A DNA stretch of 46,277 bases, taken from positions 1 through 46,277 of the IMG/VR virus record IMGVR_UViG_3300017914_002319; one strand, 5' to 3'. Shown here piece by piece: positions 35,465-46,200 of this stretch. This DNA comes from a virus (Duplodnaviria; Caudoviricetes). How positions within the stretch are numbered: position 1 is the stretch's first letter; the number at the start of each line of letters is the position of its first letter. The notes under the pieces were generated by a model. The model was not told the DNA's origin. It did no database searches and saw nothing but the letters and a program-made list of their open reading frames with translations. Made by a program: the position numbers and the translations under genes.

Positions 35465-38400
35465 TTATGATAAGAAATAATTCATTGCTACTGGTACACC
35501 GTTGACACCTTTTTCAAAGTTCACTACGTTTAGAACGTCAATCTTAGTGCCAAGTGTTGTAGTAATTTCTTGACCGCTAATTTCGATCTGACCAGCAGTT
35601 ACACTATTTACGTTTAGTGTTGCAGCACCGCCACCAATTTGTGATGTAATATATGTCTTAATTGCTTTTTGCGTTGGAACAATATTATCACTATTAGCAG
35701 TAAATGTGCCATCTGTACTAAACTCGTTAATTACTGCACCAGTGCTTCCTAATCCTAGTTCGCCTAGTGACAGTTCTTGTAGACCACTAATATTGAACGC
35801 ATCTGCGTTAAGTGTAGCAATACCAGTACTCTGTTCAACGGAGAACAAGTCGCCAACTCTAAAGTTACCATCTTGGTCCGTTGAGGTAAAGAACACTCGT
35901 CCTCCACCTGATTCTGTTGTTTCTTTTTCATCATCCGGATCATATACTGGATCACCCGGATAGTTTGTTTCTGTAAAGTTACCAGTACCGATATCAAGGA
36001 AGTCGTGACCTGTAAGACGTACTTGTGAGTAACGTATTCTCATTTCAAGTTCTTCTTCATGTTCAGGTGCTTCTGATATTTCAAGTTCTGGTGATACCTG
36101 TAGTTGTGCAGTATAAGGTCCTGTACCTGCAAAGTCTCTTACAGCAACTAACTTAAATACCTTATTCGGTAAACTATCAAATACTACGTTTGAACCCGGT
36201 TGTGGTTCGTCGTCCAAGTTATTTACTACAACAAATTCTCCAGGCTGATATTGATCTGCAAAACCGTCACCACTAACTTCTGCTGAAGCAGTAGCAAAGT
36301 CTGTACCTCTGTCAGTGTAAGTAGGCTGAGCTAGAACTCCATCACCTATTCTTACTTCTGTTGGTGCTTCGATAGTATTGTTAGGATCTGTAATTGTTAG
36401 TGTAGGTGCAGTTGTATATCCTGAACCTGGATCCCATAATACTATACGTGCAATCTTTTCATCTGCAACAATAGCACGACCCTTTGCTGTATCCGAATAC
36501 AATCCGCTTGCAGGTGCTGTAAATGATATTCTTGGTTCTATTGAATATTCTGTAGTTGCATCTAGCGCACTTAGAATACTTTCACCAGTAACATGATCCC
36601 ATCCAGCTGTACTATCACTCATTTTATAAATTGTTGCTACTTTTGTACCAGCATTATAACTTTGAATGTATCCATATTGTCCTGCACCTGTACCAGCAGT
36701 TAGATATATTGCCATACCTACATATTGTGAACTAAGTGCAGTATCAGTATTAGATAGTGTAATTGTTAAATTATCACCTTCCTGCGCACTATTAGTTGCT
36801 GATTTGTAATCAGCACCACCTGTATCAGCTGTACTGTCTGCATCAACATCCGTATCTAGCATTCTTACTTTAAACACGCCGCCGTTAACAGTAGTTGGTG
36901 TTACAGTTCCAAGGCCATAACCTTCACCTGTAATTGTAATAGTTGTACCACCAGCTGTGTAATCTTGACCTGCATTTAGGTACTGTAGTGTTAGGATATT
37001 ATTTCCGTCTGTAAGAACACTATCAACAATAGCATCTAAACTTCTGTTGTTAACTTGTGCAGTTATAGGTGTTTCTGTGTCGTCGATACCTTCAGATACT
37101 GAACCAAAATCACCGTATGAGTTGTTACCGTTTGTTGCACGAATCTTACCGCCATTTTCTGCTAGATAACCGATGTGGTTGTAATATGTAAACACTGAAA
37201 CAAGTTCTGAACGTCCTAGGTTTGTAACCCAGTACCCAATACCATCACTTAGAATCTGTGTAAAGTCGTTAGCAACAATTGAATCGTTACCGCCATCGTG
37301 TAAATCACCATCTACTTTAAGTCCTACACAAGCTGTACCAAATGTTGATACGTTCTGCACATATGGTGATTTGTTTGTAATCCATACTCTAGAATCTGCT
37401 GGTCCCCAGCCTGGATCCAATGATACATACGCACCAGCTGTTGGACGTCTTGTACCATATTCGTTTGCTGCACTTAATGTACCTGTTAGGTCTGCAAGTG
37501 TACAGTTTCTAAGTCCAGTTGCATTACGAGCATAGAACATATCTTCAGTTGTTGAACCATTTACAGCATTTACATACTGTTTTGCTGCATTTAACGACTT
37601 GTAGTTACCTTTAGTTTGAACTGGTGATGCATCTGAATCTGGCTGATAAATCAAATCATATTTAATAGCATCAATGTATCTGCGCACATCTCTACGACAT
37701 TTATCTTCATCGTATACGTAAGCTGGGTATGTATCAGCAATATATGCAATCGCTTCTTCTACTAAGAATTCTCTGTTTGCTTCTAGTACACCTACAGCAT
37801 AAGTATAATCTGTAGAAGTTTGTGGAGTGTTAGTTCCATTAATCACAGGCTCTGTAGAGTCTCCTGACGCCCCATTTACGCCCCAGTCAATATAATCATA
37901 AATTTGTTGCCAAAGATCAGCTGCATGAATTGCAGGATCTGCGCCGCCTGCTGGACGAGTTGTTACCTGTGATTCAGTATTACCTGTTGTTTTTGTAACT
38001 GCTGTATTTGTAATAATATCTTCAGTTAGAGATTGTAATCTTGCAATAGCAGCAAGTGTATATGTAGTATCACTACTATCTACTTGGCTGCCTGCAGGTG
38101 TAATACGGGTTGAACGTAGCTCGTCGCCTACTACTGCTGTTTGTACAGGAATTACCATAGGCAATGTTTCTGAGTATGTCCCTGTCTTAACAAAGAGTGT
38201 ATTGTTTGAAATAACTTGTGCAGGAGTATCATCAGTGTCACCTGCTGTTACTGTTTCAGTTAAAATATCTGTCAGCGTATTAATCCTTGCTTGTACACCA
38301 TCTTCTTCAGGGTAATCTGAATCCTTAATTTGTGTAATTGGTGAAGCAACTGAGTTTTCTGTCTGATAATTTGTTGCAGGATCTACACTTTGTAATATAC

Positions 38401-40291
38401 CTGCATCAATTAATGTTCCTGCAACATGGTCAATCATTGCATTAAATTCATCTTCTGAGCCTACAATCTCTGTATCGTCAAAAATTTCTACAGCAAGATC
38501 TCTCATTCTTTGATTGCCGCCGTGGCTAAGATCCCAAATCAAAGCATCTATAAATCTTCCTACATAAACACGCCATTCTGTTTTATCATATGTGAATGAT
38601 CCTGTAAACGGAGATACTACATTTGTTACGTTGTAGTCTACAAATTCAACTGCATCTGCTTGTATGAAGCTTCTGTTGACTTCTAAAATATATTTTGCAT
38701 TTGGAAAAATTGCACCTTGTTCTATTTGTCTTAGTGCATAGTTTATTGTTTTCCAAGGTTGATCAAGTGTAGTACCGTAATTCGGTGCTGGTGAATCAAC
38801 ACCGTTGTCAGTTGACACATACCATACGTGATTGATCTTTCCGAAGAAACTCCATTCAGGTGCATCTCCTGCACTATTAACTCTTAATGTTTGTCCTGAA
38901 TCACCTATAGGAAGCCTTGTTGGACCTGCGCCGCCGTAATAAACTAAATCACCTTCAGTTGTAAGTGGAAGTGTTTCGCCTCCTCCTGATAACAGATTCC
39001 AATATGCGCCTGCTACATCTTGATCTGGTCTATTTTGATCAACAGTTTCGTCAGCAGTATGTCTTTGAACAGCAATATACGAACTACTACCGTAACGTAC
39101 AGCGTCACCTAAGTCGTATTCGTTACCATCTGTCCAAGAATCATTCCATTCAATACCTTGGTTTAATCTTTCCCAATATGTTGCATTTGGTGGTTCTTGT
39201 CCTGTATTATCAAGAATACAAAGATATGTGTATCCGCCCTGGCGAACAACATCTCCTGTAAAGTATTCAAAGTTTGATGAATCTTCACCCCAATCGCCTA
39301 CAAGTCTAAATCCTGTAGTAAATAAATCCCAATCTGTAGAACTTGATGAAGGACGAGATCCTACATTGTTTGTAATAGCTACATATGAATAACCGCCATA
39401 TGTAACAAAGTCGCCTGCTTGATATGGTGTTGTGCCACTCCAGCTGTCTTCAAATTCTAAACCTTCTGTAAATTGTGCCCACTTACTATTATCGTCTGAA
39501 AGATAATTTTGACTTGTATGATATGTTGTACAAATCCAAATGCCGCCGCCGGACTTTACAAGGTCATTTAGTTTGTAACGGGTGCCAGTTGACCAATCAC
39601 CTTTATATTCAATACCGTCATGGAAAATATCCCAGCTACTCTGGTTCGCTTCTAAACCAAGTGTAGCAGTTGCAGCACTAACATGACCTGTATTTGCAAC
39701 ATATGTTCTACCACCATAACGTATAATGTCGTTTACAACATATCTAGTATTAACTTGCCAATCACCTTGCCAACTTACACCTTGAGAAAATACATCCCAC
39801 TTATCTTGATCGTTTTCAAGACCTGTAAGTGTATCTGCTGCTGACGTGTGTCCTTCTGTACATAGGTAAATTGTAGAATTATATTTTACAATATCATTAA
39901 TTTTATAACGTGTGAGAGGCTGCCATTCTGCTTGATAGTCAAATCCTTCTGCATACAAATCCCACTTTGATTGATCATCCTCTAAACCAAGTGCATCAGT
40001 GGCTGCTGAAGTATGGGCTTCATTAGCAATATATAAGTAACCACCATATTTAACAATATCATTTTCTTTGTAATATGTGTTTATAGCCCAGTCTGATTTC
40101 CATTCTTGTCCGTCACTTATCTTATTCCAATTTGCTTGATCATCTGGAAAATCTGCAGACGCTGTGTGTCCTGTAATAGCAACATAAGTGTTACCACCAT
40201 TCCTTACAATATCGTCAACATAGTAAGTAGTAAGAGCAGTCCAGTCGCCCTTCCATATAAATCTTATTCTACCAAGTTTAAAATCAGCCAT
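35465..40291 (-). CDS. Giant modular tail-fibre/spike protein A, 1608 aa
   Basis: About eight N-terminal ~50-aa W.G.W...Y...D.V.Y.G..Y repeats (CBM5/12-like); beta-helix-type core (VKTGTYSETLP...VGDELRST); C-terminal RYSQVRLTGHDFLDIG and STDQDGNFRVG. Confidence 0.75.
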   Translation of the reverse strand: MADFKLGRIRFIWKGDWTALTTYYVDDIVRNGGNTYVAITGHTASADFPDDQANWNKISDGQEWKSDWAINTYYKENDIVKYGGYLYIANEAHTSAATDALGLEDDQSKWDLYAEGFDYQAEWQPLTRYKINDIVKYNSTIYLCTEGHTSAADTLTGLENDQDKWDVFSQGVSWQGDWQVNTRYVVNDIIRYGGRTYVANTGHVSAATATLGLEANQSSWDIFHDGIEYKGDWSTGTRYKLNDLVKSGGGIWICTTYHTSQNYLSDDNSKWAQFTEGLEFEDSWSGTTPYQAGDFVTYGGYSYVAITNNVGSRPSSSSTDWDLFTTGFRLVGDWGEDSSNFEYFTGDVVRQGGYTYLCILDNTGQEPPNATYWERLNQGIEWNDSWTDGNEYDLGDAVRYGSSSYIAVQRHTADETVDQNRPDQDVAGAYWNLLSGGGETLPLTTEGDLVYYGGAGPTRLPIGDSGQTLRVNSAGDAPEWSFFGKINHVWYVSTDNGVDSPAPNYGTTLDQPWKTINYALRQIEQGAIFPNAKYILEVNRSFIQADAVEFVDYNVTNVVSPFTGSFTYDKTEWRVYVGRFIDALIWDLSHGGNQRMRDLAVEIFDDTEIVGSEDEFNAMIDHVAGTLIDAGILQSVDPATNYQTENSVASPITQIKDSDYPEEDGVQARINTLTDILTETVTAGDTDDTPAQVISNNTLFVKTGTYSETLPMVIPVQTAVVGDELRSTRITPAGSQVDSSDTTYTLAAIARLQSLTEDIITNTAVTKTTGNTESQVTTRPAGGADPAIHAADLWQQIYDYIDWGVNGASGDSTEPVINGTNTPQTSTDYTYAVGVLEANREFLVEEAIAYIADTYPAYVYDEDKCRRDVRRYIDAIKYDLIYQPDSDASPVQTKGNYKSLNAAKQYVNAVNGSTTEDMFYARNATGLRNCTLADLTGTLSAANEYGTRRPTAGAYVSLDPGWGPADSRVWITNKSPYVQNVSTFGTACVGLKVDGDLHDGGNDSIVANDFTQILSDGIGYWVTNLGRSELVSVFTYYNHIGYLAENGGKIRATNGNNSYGDFGSVSEGIDDTETPITAQVNNRSLDAIVDSVLTDGNNILTLQYLNAGQDYTAGGTTITITGEGYGLGTVTPTTVNGGVFKVRMLDTDVDADSTADTGGADYKSATNSAQEGDNLTITLSNTDTALSSQYVGMAIYLTAGTGAGQYGYIQSYNAGTKVATIYKMSDSTAGWDHVTGESILSALDATTEYSIEPRISFTAPASGLYSDTAKGRAIVADEKIARIVLWDPGSGYTTAPTLTITDPNNTIEAPTEVRIGDGVLAQPTYTDRGTDFATASAEVSGDGFADQYQPGEFVVVNNLDDEPQPGSNVVFDSLPNKVFKLVAVRDFAGTGPYTAQLQVSPELEISEAPEHEEELEMRIRYSQVRLTGHDFLDIGTGNFTETNYPGDPVYDPDDEKETTESGGGRVFFTSTDQDGNFRVGDLFSVEQSTGIATLNADAFNISGLQELSLGELGLGSTGAVINEFSTDGTFTANSDNIVPTQKAIKTYITSQIGGGAATLNVNSVTAGQIEISGQEITTTLGTKIDVLNVVNFEKGVNGVPVAMNYFLS

Positions 40292-40342
40292 TTATTGCTC
40301 CGAATTCGTTGTTGTATGTATTTATCGTATAAGGCATTTGTA

Positions 40343-43300
40343 TTATCCTCCGCCTCTAGTATAGTACATAGAAGCTAGATAATGTCCGTCGACTCCAGCT
40401 AATGCACCTTTTATGTTCATTACTGGAGGCACTATAATATCTAGTCCGCTTGTTGTGTCTATGTTATTTGTTTGTATTCTAATTTGTCCTGCAACAAGTG
40501 CGTTTGTTTGAACATTTGAACCACCGCCTGCAATTCTGCTTTCAATGTAAGTCTTAATTGCTCTTTGAGTAGGTACAATATTATTTGAATTTGCAATGAA
40601 TGTTGTTTCTTTAGAAAATTCTCTAATAACTACTGCACTACCGCCAACTTGAATACCACCTAGAGAAAGTTCTGTAAGTCCGCCTAGATCAAATTGTGTT
40701 GCGTTAATAGTTACAATACCGGTTGCCTGTTCAACTTCAAACAGTTCACCTACCCTAAAGATACCATCTTGGTCCGAACTTGTGTAGAACACTCTGCCGC
40801 CGCCATTTGCTACAGTTTCGTTAAACGGTTGTAGTTCATTAATTTCTGTAACGCCTGCTACATAACGTCCTGGATAATTTGTATCAGATTGGTTACCCGA
40901 TCCAATATCTAGGAAGTCGTGACCTGTTAGTCTCAATTGGCTGTAGCGTTCACGTATTATCATACTTTCGCCATGTACAGGTGATTCTTCAACATCTATA
41001 GTAGGAGTAATTTCAAATGTAGCAGCATAATCTCCTAAAGATCCGCTCGAGCTTACTACTTTAGATATACTAAATCTTACTTCATCTATGCCATTTATTT
41101 CTAAGTTTGCACCAGGACCAGGAATTTTTGAAAGACTTTCAACTTTAAAGTTTTTACCAGTTTGGAAAATCTCCGCAAATCCATCTCCACTCACTTCAGC
41201 ATCAAATTGAACATATCCATTACCTCTATATAGCATAGTAGGCTGTGGTAATACACCGTCTTTTAAATTAATTTCTATTCTAGCATCTACAGTTTGCACA
41301 TTGTCTTGTACGGTTATATCAGGTGCTGAGCTATAATTACTACCTGAATCATACAATACAATGCCATCAACTCTACTTGCAGCAATGGTTGCTCTACCAA
41401 TAGGTCTTGCACCAGTTTCAACTTTTGCAAACTGACTTTCACCATCTGCTGTTACAATCCATTTGCCTGCTCTATAAGCAGATCCTTCATATGATGCTAG
41501 TGATCCAAGTGCATAAGTAGAACTATCGTCGCCATATGTATTCCATACAGCACCACTTTGTGATTTAGCAACAAATGTTCCTAAGCCTGTAGCAATAAAT
41601 ACGCCTGCTCCATAACTTATTCTATGGAAGTCTCCAAATTTAATATATCCAGTAGCCCATGTTTCACCATCAAATGTATAGGGTGTAGGAATCAATCCAT
41701 CTGCACTATCATCAGATTCTGCACCTATAAACACCAATCTGTTATTACCATAAGCATGATCACTGCAAGCAAATGCAGGAGCTCTCCTAGGACTTGCTGG
41801 TGCTGGTGTAATGTTATCAGCATCTACTATGTGCCAATGTTTGCCATTGATACTCCAGCCAACTCTTCCTAAATCTCTGTCAATAGCAACAAAGATACCT
41901 TGGCCAAACCAAGCACTAGGTAAGTCGCCTGTTCTAATTTGGCGTTCAATCATTAGTGTTTCAAGATTAGCAATTCTTGCAGCTTGAGATCCTGTTAGTG
42001 TGTTTGAAGTATTTGAATCATACCAATATCCTACTAGTGTAACGTCAGCAGCATTAAAGTTTCCATCTTGGTTAATATCGCCTCTTGCATATGTTTCATT
42101 AGTAGGAATATCAATCCAGAACTGATGTCTTTGACCATTATTAGTTCCGGCTGCTGCTTCTGACATGTTAACTGTTGCAGCTTCCCAATCAACCCAATAT
42201 TTGCTTTCTAGATTACCAACTTGTGTCCAAATACCTTCTGGTAAATGAGTTTGATCAGATATCCAAGTACCGTTTACTTTAGCACCTGTATGTCCGCTTT
42301 CAGCAATTATAGATACATGATTTCCAAAAGTTGATCCGCTTACCCAGTTTTGGGCAGTTGATGAAATAGTTTGTGCAGACCAGCTTGATGCATCACTACT
42401 TACATATGCATTTGTAGTCGGGTTTCCGTTTTCAGAATTTGCAACTGCAATGTACTGATCACCATCGTGTAACAGTGCAACTATATCTACTGTGCCAGGA
42501 ATAGTGCCTGCTGATGACCAAGTATCACCATCTGTGCTTTTTGCACTTACTCCGTCTTCTGATATTGCAACAAATTCACCGTCGCCCCATACAATATGTT
42601 TCCATGATTGTGTGCCTGGAGCAGAAACATTTGTTGCGCTAAATTCTGGCTCAGTAAATATTACTTTTGGTTCTATAGCATATTGTGTAGTTTCGTCTAA
42701 TAATGTTTCTATTGGCCAACCTGGTTGATAATGGTCCCATCCACTATCACCGTCACTTTCTCTACTACATGTTACTGTTTTTGTATTTTCGTTAAACGCA
42801 GTGATTTCTGCATATTGTCCAACACCGATACCTGATATAATTGATATTCTTTGTCCTACATAATTCGCAGCAGTACCAATATCAGCAGCAGAAAGTACAA
42901 TTGAAATATCATCACCTTCTTGAGCATTGTTTACAATGTATGTATAGTTTAGTCCGCCTGGTGCAGAACTGTCGCCTGCTGCTTTAATCCTAGCATTTGC
43001 AATAGCGCCATCTCTAATTTCATTTGAATCATAGATACCATATCCCAATTCTCCTGAGCCACCAAATTCTATAGTAGCATTCGTATAATCCTGTCCAGCA
43101 TGGCTGTATCCAAGAGCAAAAATTTCTTGTCTAGTAGTTCCGTATGTAAATGCTTCCTTGACTTGTGCTTCATTATCTCTGTTATTTACAACAGCAGTAA
43201 TTGCTGTTTCATTAGCATCAAATCCTTCTGCAACCGATCCATATGTTCCATAACTATTATTACCATTTGTAGCACGTACAATACCGCCATTAGTACATAG

Positions 43301-46189
43301 ATATCCAATATGACAATAGTAAGTAAACACTGAAACAAGTTCTGATCTACCTACATTATCTGCCCAGTAACCTATGCCGTCACTTAGCACCTGTGTAAAG
43401 TCGTTAGCAACAATAGATCTATTTCCGCCATCATGCAGTGCGCCGTCAACTTTCATACCAATACAACCCGATCCAAAAGTTGTTACATTTTGCACATATG
43501 GTGATTTGTTTGTAATCCAAACATCTTGATCATCTGGTCCTGTACCTGGATCTAAACTGACAAATGCACCTGCTGTTGGACGTCTTGTTAGGTATTGATT
43601 CGGTGTTCCAAGTGTGCCTGCTAATCCTTGTAGCGTACAATTCCTCAAACCTGAACCGTTACGCATGTAAAACATATTTCTTGTTTCAAACCCATCTGCA
43701 GGTTGAATATTTGTACTACGTAGTTCGTCTCCTACCAATGCAGTATCTTTTGGAATTGTAATTGGTAGCACTTCTTCGTAAAATCCTGTAGCAACAAATA
43801 CTGTAGCAGGAGTTCGTGTAGTAGGCTCAGCACCAATAAAGTCCATTGCATATTTAATAGTTCTAAACGAATCTGTTTGTTGAGTTCCTGCATCAGGTTC
43901 ATCTCTACCTTCTGTGCTTACATAGTATACATTTTTAATTACACCGTAGTCTTCCCATGATGGTAAACTGTTTTGTACTTTAAGTGGCTGACCTTGACTA
44001 CCTATTGCTAATCTATCTTTAGCGTCATCATATATTTGTATATCGCCTCTGTATACAAGTACGTTTGTTGGTGTGCCTTGTATAAAGACTTCCCAGAATT
44101 CATTATGGTCTTGTAGCTGGTCTAAATCAGGACGTGATTCACTGTTAGAACTAAAATGTCTTTCTACACAACGATATAGTGTACCTGCATATAGCGCAAT
44201 ATCACCTAAGAAATATTCAGTTGCGTCTGACCATTCTGCTCTGTATTTTGTTGTATCGACTAATAACTGCCAAGTATCTGATGCTGCAAGTGCGCCTAGT
44301 ACATTTGCATCAGCATCGTCAGGATCATTTGGATATGTTGATATTTCACCTGCTCTATAAGCATCTTGCGCTTTTTGAATAATGTACGCTAGAGGTTCGT
44401 TGTAACCTGTGCTTCCGTCACCTTCAGCAAGATTAATATCATCTTCGTCAACTTGTCCATTTTTGTTTAGGTCAGCATACTTAAATCCTGTTTCAGGATT
44501 GATGCTGTCCCAGAACAAGTGAAGATCCGTAGGTGTTGTTGTGTTTACAATGTCTGTAATTACACTAGCATATGCAGCTCTTCCATCAACTGCATCTTTA
44601 AGTGTAAACAGTTGATCTGGGTATACTGAAGTATTATCCTTAATAGCAATGTACAAGTAACCGCTTGCTCTAATAACATCTCCTGGCCTATATGCAGTTG
44701 TGTCATCCCAGTCGCCTCTGTGATTATATCCTTGCTTTAGAATTTCCCAGTCGCCTGTATCTTGTAGTAAATTGTTTTGACTAGGTGTAACCCCAGAATT
44801 ATTTGTTAGTGCTGTATATGTATAGCCGCCATACTTTACAATATCGCCTTTGTTATATTCTGTATCAATATCCCACTCTGCTTCATATTGCAATCCAGGA
44901 ACCCATTCTTCCCAGTTAGCTTCGTCTGTTCTTAAATTTGCTGCTCCCGAAGTATGTGCCGTTGTACATTTCCATAAACCTGCACCATACTTTACAATAT
45001 CGTTTAATTTGTATCGTGTACTAGAAGTCCATATTCCTTTGTAGTCAATACCTTCATGTACTTCTCCCCATAGAGCAGAGTTGTCTTCAAGTCCATCTTC
45101 TGCTGTAGCAGCAGATGTATGGTGGGTATTTGCACGATATAAGATACCTCCGTATCTGACAACATCATCAAACCTGTAAACAGTATTAGGTGCCCAATCA
45201 CCTCTCCAGTTATCTGATCTTGTGATGATAGCCCATTTGGCATTATCATCTGCCAAACCGTCATCAGCAGTTGCAGCTGATTGGTGTTTTTCAGTACAGA
45301 TATAAACAACACCATTTTCTCTTACAACATCTCCTAAATCATAATAAGTAGATACTGTCCATTGATTTAACCAATTGTAAGTAGTTTGGTATAAAATCCA
45401 GTTGTCAGAATTAATAGGCAAACCTAAAGAATATACCGGACTTGAAGTATGACTTGTTATACACTGATATACATATCCTTTGTATTTGACAATATCTCCT
45501 TCTGAATAAAAGGTACCAATTTCCCAATCACCTTTCCATGCATACCCGTCAAACATAAGTTCCCACATACCAGAATATCTAGTATCTAGTTTGTTGCCCA
45601 TGCCCGTATGTGCTTCACAATAGTAGAATAATTTATTAGGAGCACTAGCAGGCAGGGTAAGTTCAATAGTTCTAGTAGTTGCGCCTGCAAATGCTGCTCT
45701 ATATGCTGCTAAATCAGCAACTGCTTCTCCGTCTATTTTGTAAACTATTCCGTCTGTCCAAATATCGCCGCCATTGTGCTTTCCGTCTACTGAACCGCTA
45801 AACCTAATATAATGAGGATTATCTTCTTGAGTTTCTACTTCAGTTTCTGGATCAACTGCGATTGCGCCGCCAAACTTCAAATTAGAAATATCTGTCTGAT
45901 CAAATATATATTTTCTGCCTTTGTTTAGAACTTGTACAGGATTTTGTACACCGTCAAAAACAAAAACGTTTTGTCCTGTTTTGATTGAACTTTCAGCAAC
46001 TGTAACTGCTATTGTAACATCTGCAAGTGTGTCTTTAGAATCATAAAAGTTTGTAGTAGCTGTATGATTTTCTAAAGCAACAAATGCTTTACCCATATAC
46101 CGAACTACATCGTCTTTCCTATAAGCTCTACTTGCTTGCCAATCGCCTGCCCATCTAAACTTTAATCTATCTAACTTGAAATCTGCCAT
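40343..46189 (-). CDS. Giant modular tail-fibre/spike protein B, 1948 aa (paralog of A)
   Basis: Same MADFKL start, W-repeats, VGDELRST core and RLTGHDFLDIG C-terminus, plus inserted cupredoxin-like, dockerin-like and Asp-box segments. Confidence 0.75.
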   Translation of the reverse strand: MADFKLDRLKFRWAGDWQASRAYRKDDVVRYMGKAFVALENHTATTNFYDSKDTLADVTIAVTVAESSIKTGQNVFVFDGVQNPVQVLNKGRKYIFDQTDISNLKFGGAIAVDPETEVETQEDNPHYIRFSGSVDGKHNGGDIWTDGIVYKIDGEAVADLAAYRAAFAGATTRTIELTLPASAPNKLFYYCEAHTGMGNKLDTRYSGMWELMFDGYAWKGDWEIGTFYSEGDIVKYKGYVYQCITSHTSSPVYSLGLPINSDNWILYQTTYNWLNQWTVSTYYDLGDVVRENGVVYICTEKHQSAATADDGLADDNAKWAIITRSDNWRGDWAPNTVYRFDDVVRYGGILYRANTHHTSAATAEDGLEDNSALWGEVHEGIDYKGIWTSSTRYKLNDIVKYGAGLWKCTTAHTSGAANLRTDEANWEEWVPGLQYEAEWDIDTEYNKGDIVKYGGYTYTALTNNSGVTPSQNNLLQDTGDWEILKQGYNHRGDWDDTTAYRPGDVIRASGYLYIAIKDNTSVYPDQLFTLKDAVDGRAAYASVITDIVNTTTPTDLHLFWDSINPETGFKYADLNKNGQVDEDDINLAEGDGSTGYNEPLAYIIQKAQDAYRAGEISTYPNDPDDADANVLGALAASDTWQLLVDTTKYRAEWSDATEYFLGDIALYAGTLYRCVERHFSSNSESRPDLDQLQDHNEFWEVFIQGTPTNVLVYRGDIQIYDDAKDRLAIGSQGQPLKVQNSLPSWEDYGVIKNVYYVSTEGRDEPDAGTQQTDSFRTIKYAMDFIGAEPTTRTPATVFVATGFYEEVLPITIPKDTALVGDELRSTNIQPADGFETRNMFYMRNGSGLRNCTLQGLAGTLGTPNQYLTRRPTAGAFVSLDPGTGPDDQDVWITNKSPYVQNVTTFGSGCIGMKVDGALHDGGNRSIVANDFTQVLSDGIGYWADNVGRSELVSVFTYYCHIGYLCTNGGIVRATNGNNSYGTYGSVAEGFDANETAITAVVNNRDNEAQVKEAFTYGTTRQEIFALGYSHAGQDYTNATIEFGGSGELGYGIYDSNEIRDGAIANARIKAAGDSSAPGGLNYTYIVNNAQEGDDISIVLSAADIGTAANYVGQRISIISGIGVGQYAEITAFNENTKTVTCSRESDGDSGWDHYQPGWPIETLLDETTQYAIEPKVIFTEPEFSATNVSAPGTQSWKHIVWGDGEFVAISEDGVSAKSTDGDTWSSAGTIPGTVDIVALLHDGDQYIAVANSENGNPTTNAYVSSDASSWSAQTISSTAQNWVSGSTFGNHVSIIAESGHTGAKVNGTWISDQTHLPEGIWTQVGNLESKYWVDWEAATVNMSEAAAGTNNGQRHQFWIDIPTNETYARGDINQDGNFNAADVTLVGYWYDSNTSNTLTGSQAARIANLETLMIERQIRTGDLPSAWFGQGIFVAIDRDLGRVGWSINGKHWHIVDADNITPAPASPRRAPAFACSDHAYGNNRLVFIGAESDDSADGLIPTPYTFDGETWATGYIKFGDFHRISYGAGVFIATGLGTFVAKSQSGAVWNTYGDDSSTYALGSLASYEGSAYRAGKWIVTADGESQFAKVETGARPIGRATIAASRVDGIVLYDSGSNYSSAPDITVQDNVQTVDARIEINLKDGVLPQPTMLYRGNGYVQFDAEVSGDGFAEIFQTGKNFKVESLSKIPGPGANLEINGIDEVRFSISKVVSSSGSLGDYAATFEITPTIDVEESPVHGESMIIRERYSQLRLTGHDFLDIGSGNQSDTNYPGRYVAGVTEINELQPFNETVANGGGRVFYTSSDQDGIFRVGELFEVEQATGIVTINATQFDLGGLTELSLGGIQVGGSAVVIREFSKETTFIANSNNIVPTQRAIKTYIESRIAGGGSNVQTNALVAGQIRIQTNNIDTTSGLDIIVPPVMNIKGALAGVDGHYLASMYYTRGGG

Positions 46190-46200
46190 TTACGTTCTCT

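Larger units (their letters stand above)
1767..40324. promoter_or_regulatory. Dispersed set of T4-type late promoter cores (TAAATA)
   Basis: Minus strand: 1767, 3358, 4980, 5505, 7571, 8320, 11721, 13230, 27258, 27698, 31146, 35126, 40319. Plus strand: 11786, 13246 and a TAATTA variant at 15827. Each lies just upstream of, and oriented toward, a gene start. Confidence 0.8.

Noticed and set aside
139-45315. Numerous 60-160 aa antisense or alternate-frame ORFs in the track (e.g. 483-836, 11158-11634, 26815-27204)
   Set aside because: They overlap well-supported genes, have no SD/promoter or motifs, and are expected shadows of codon bias.
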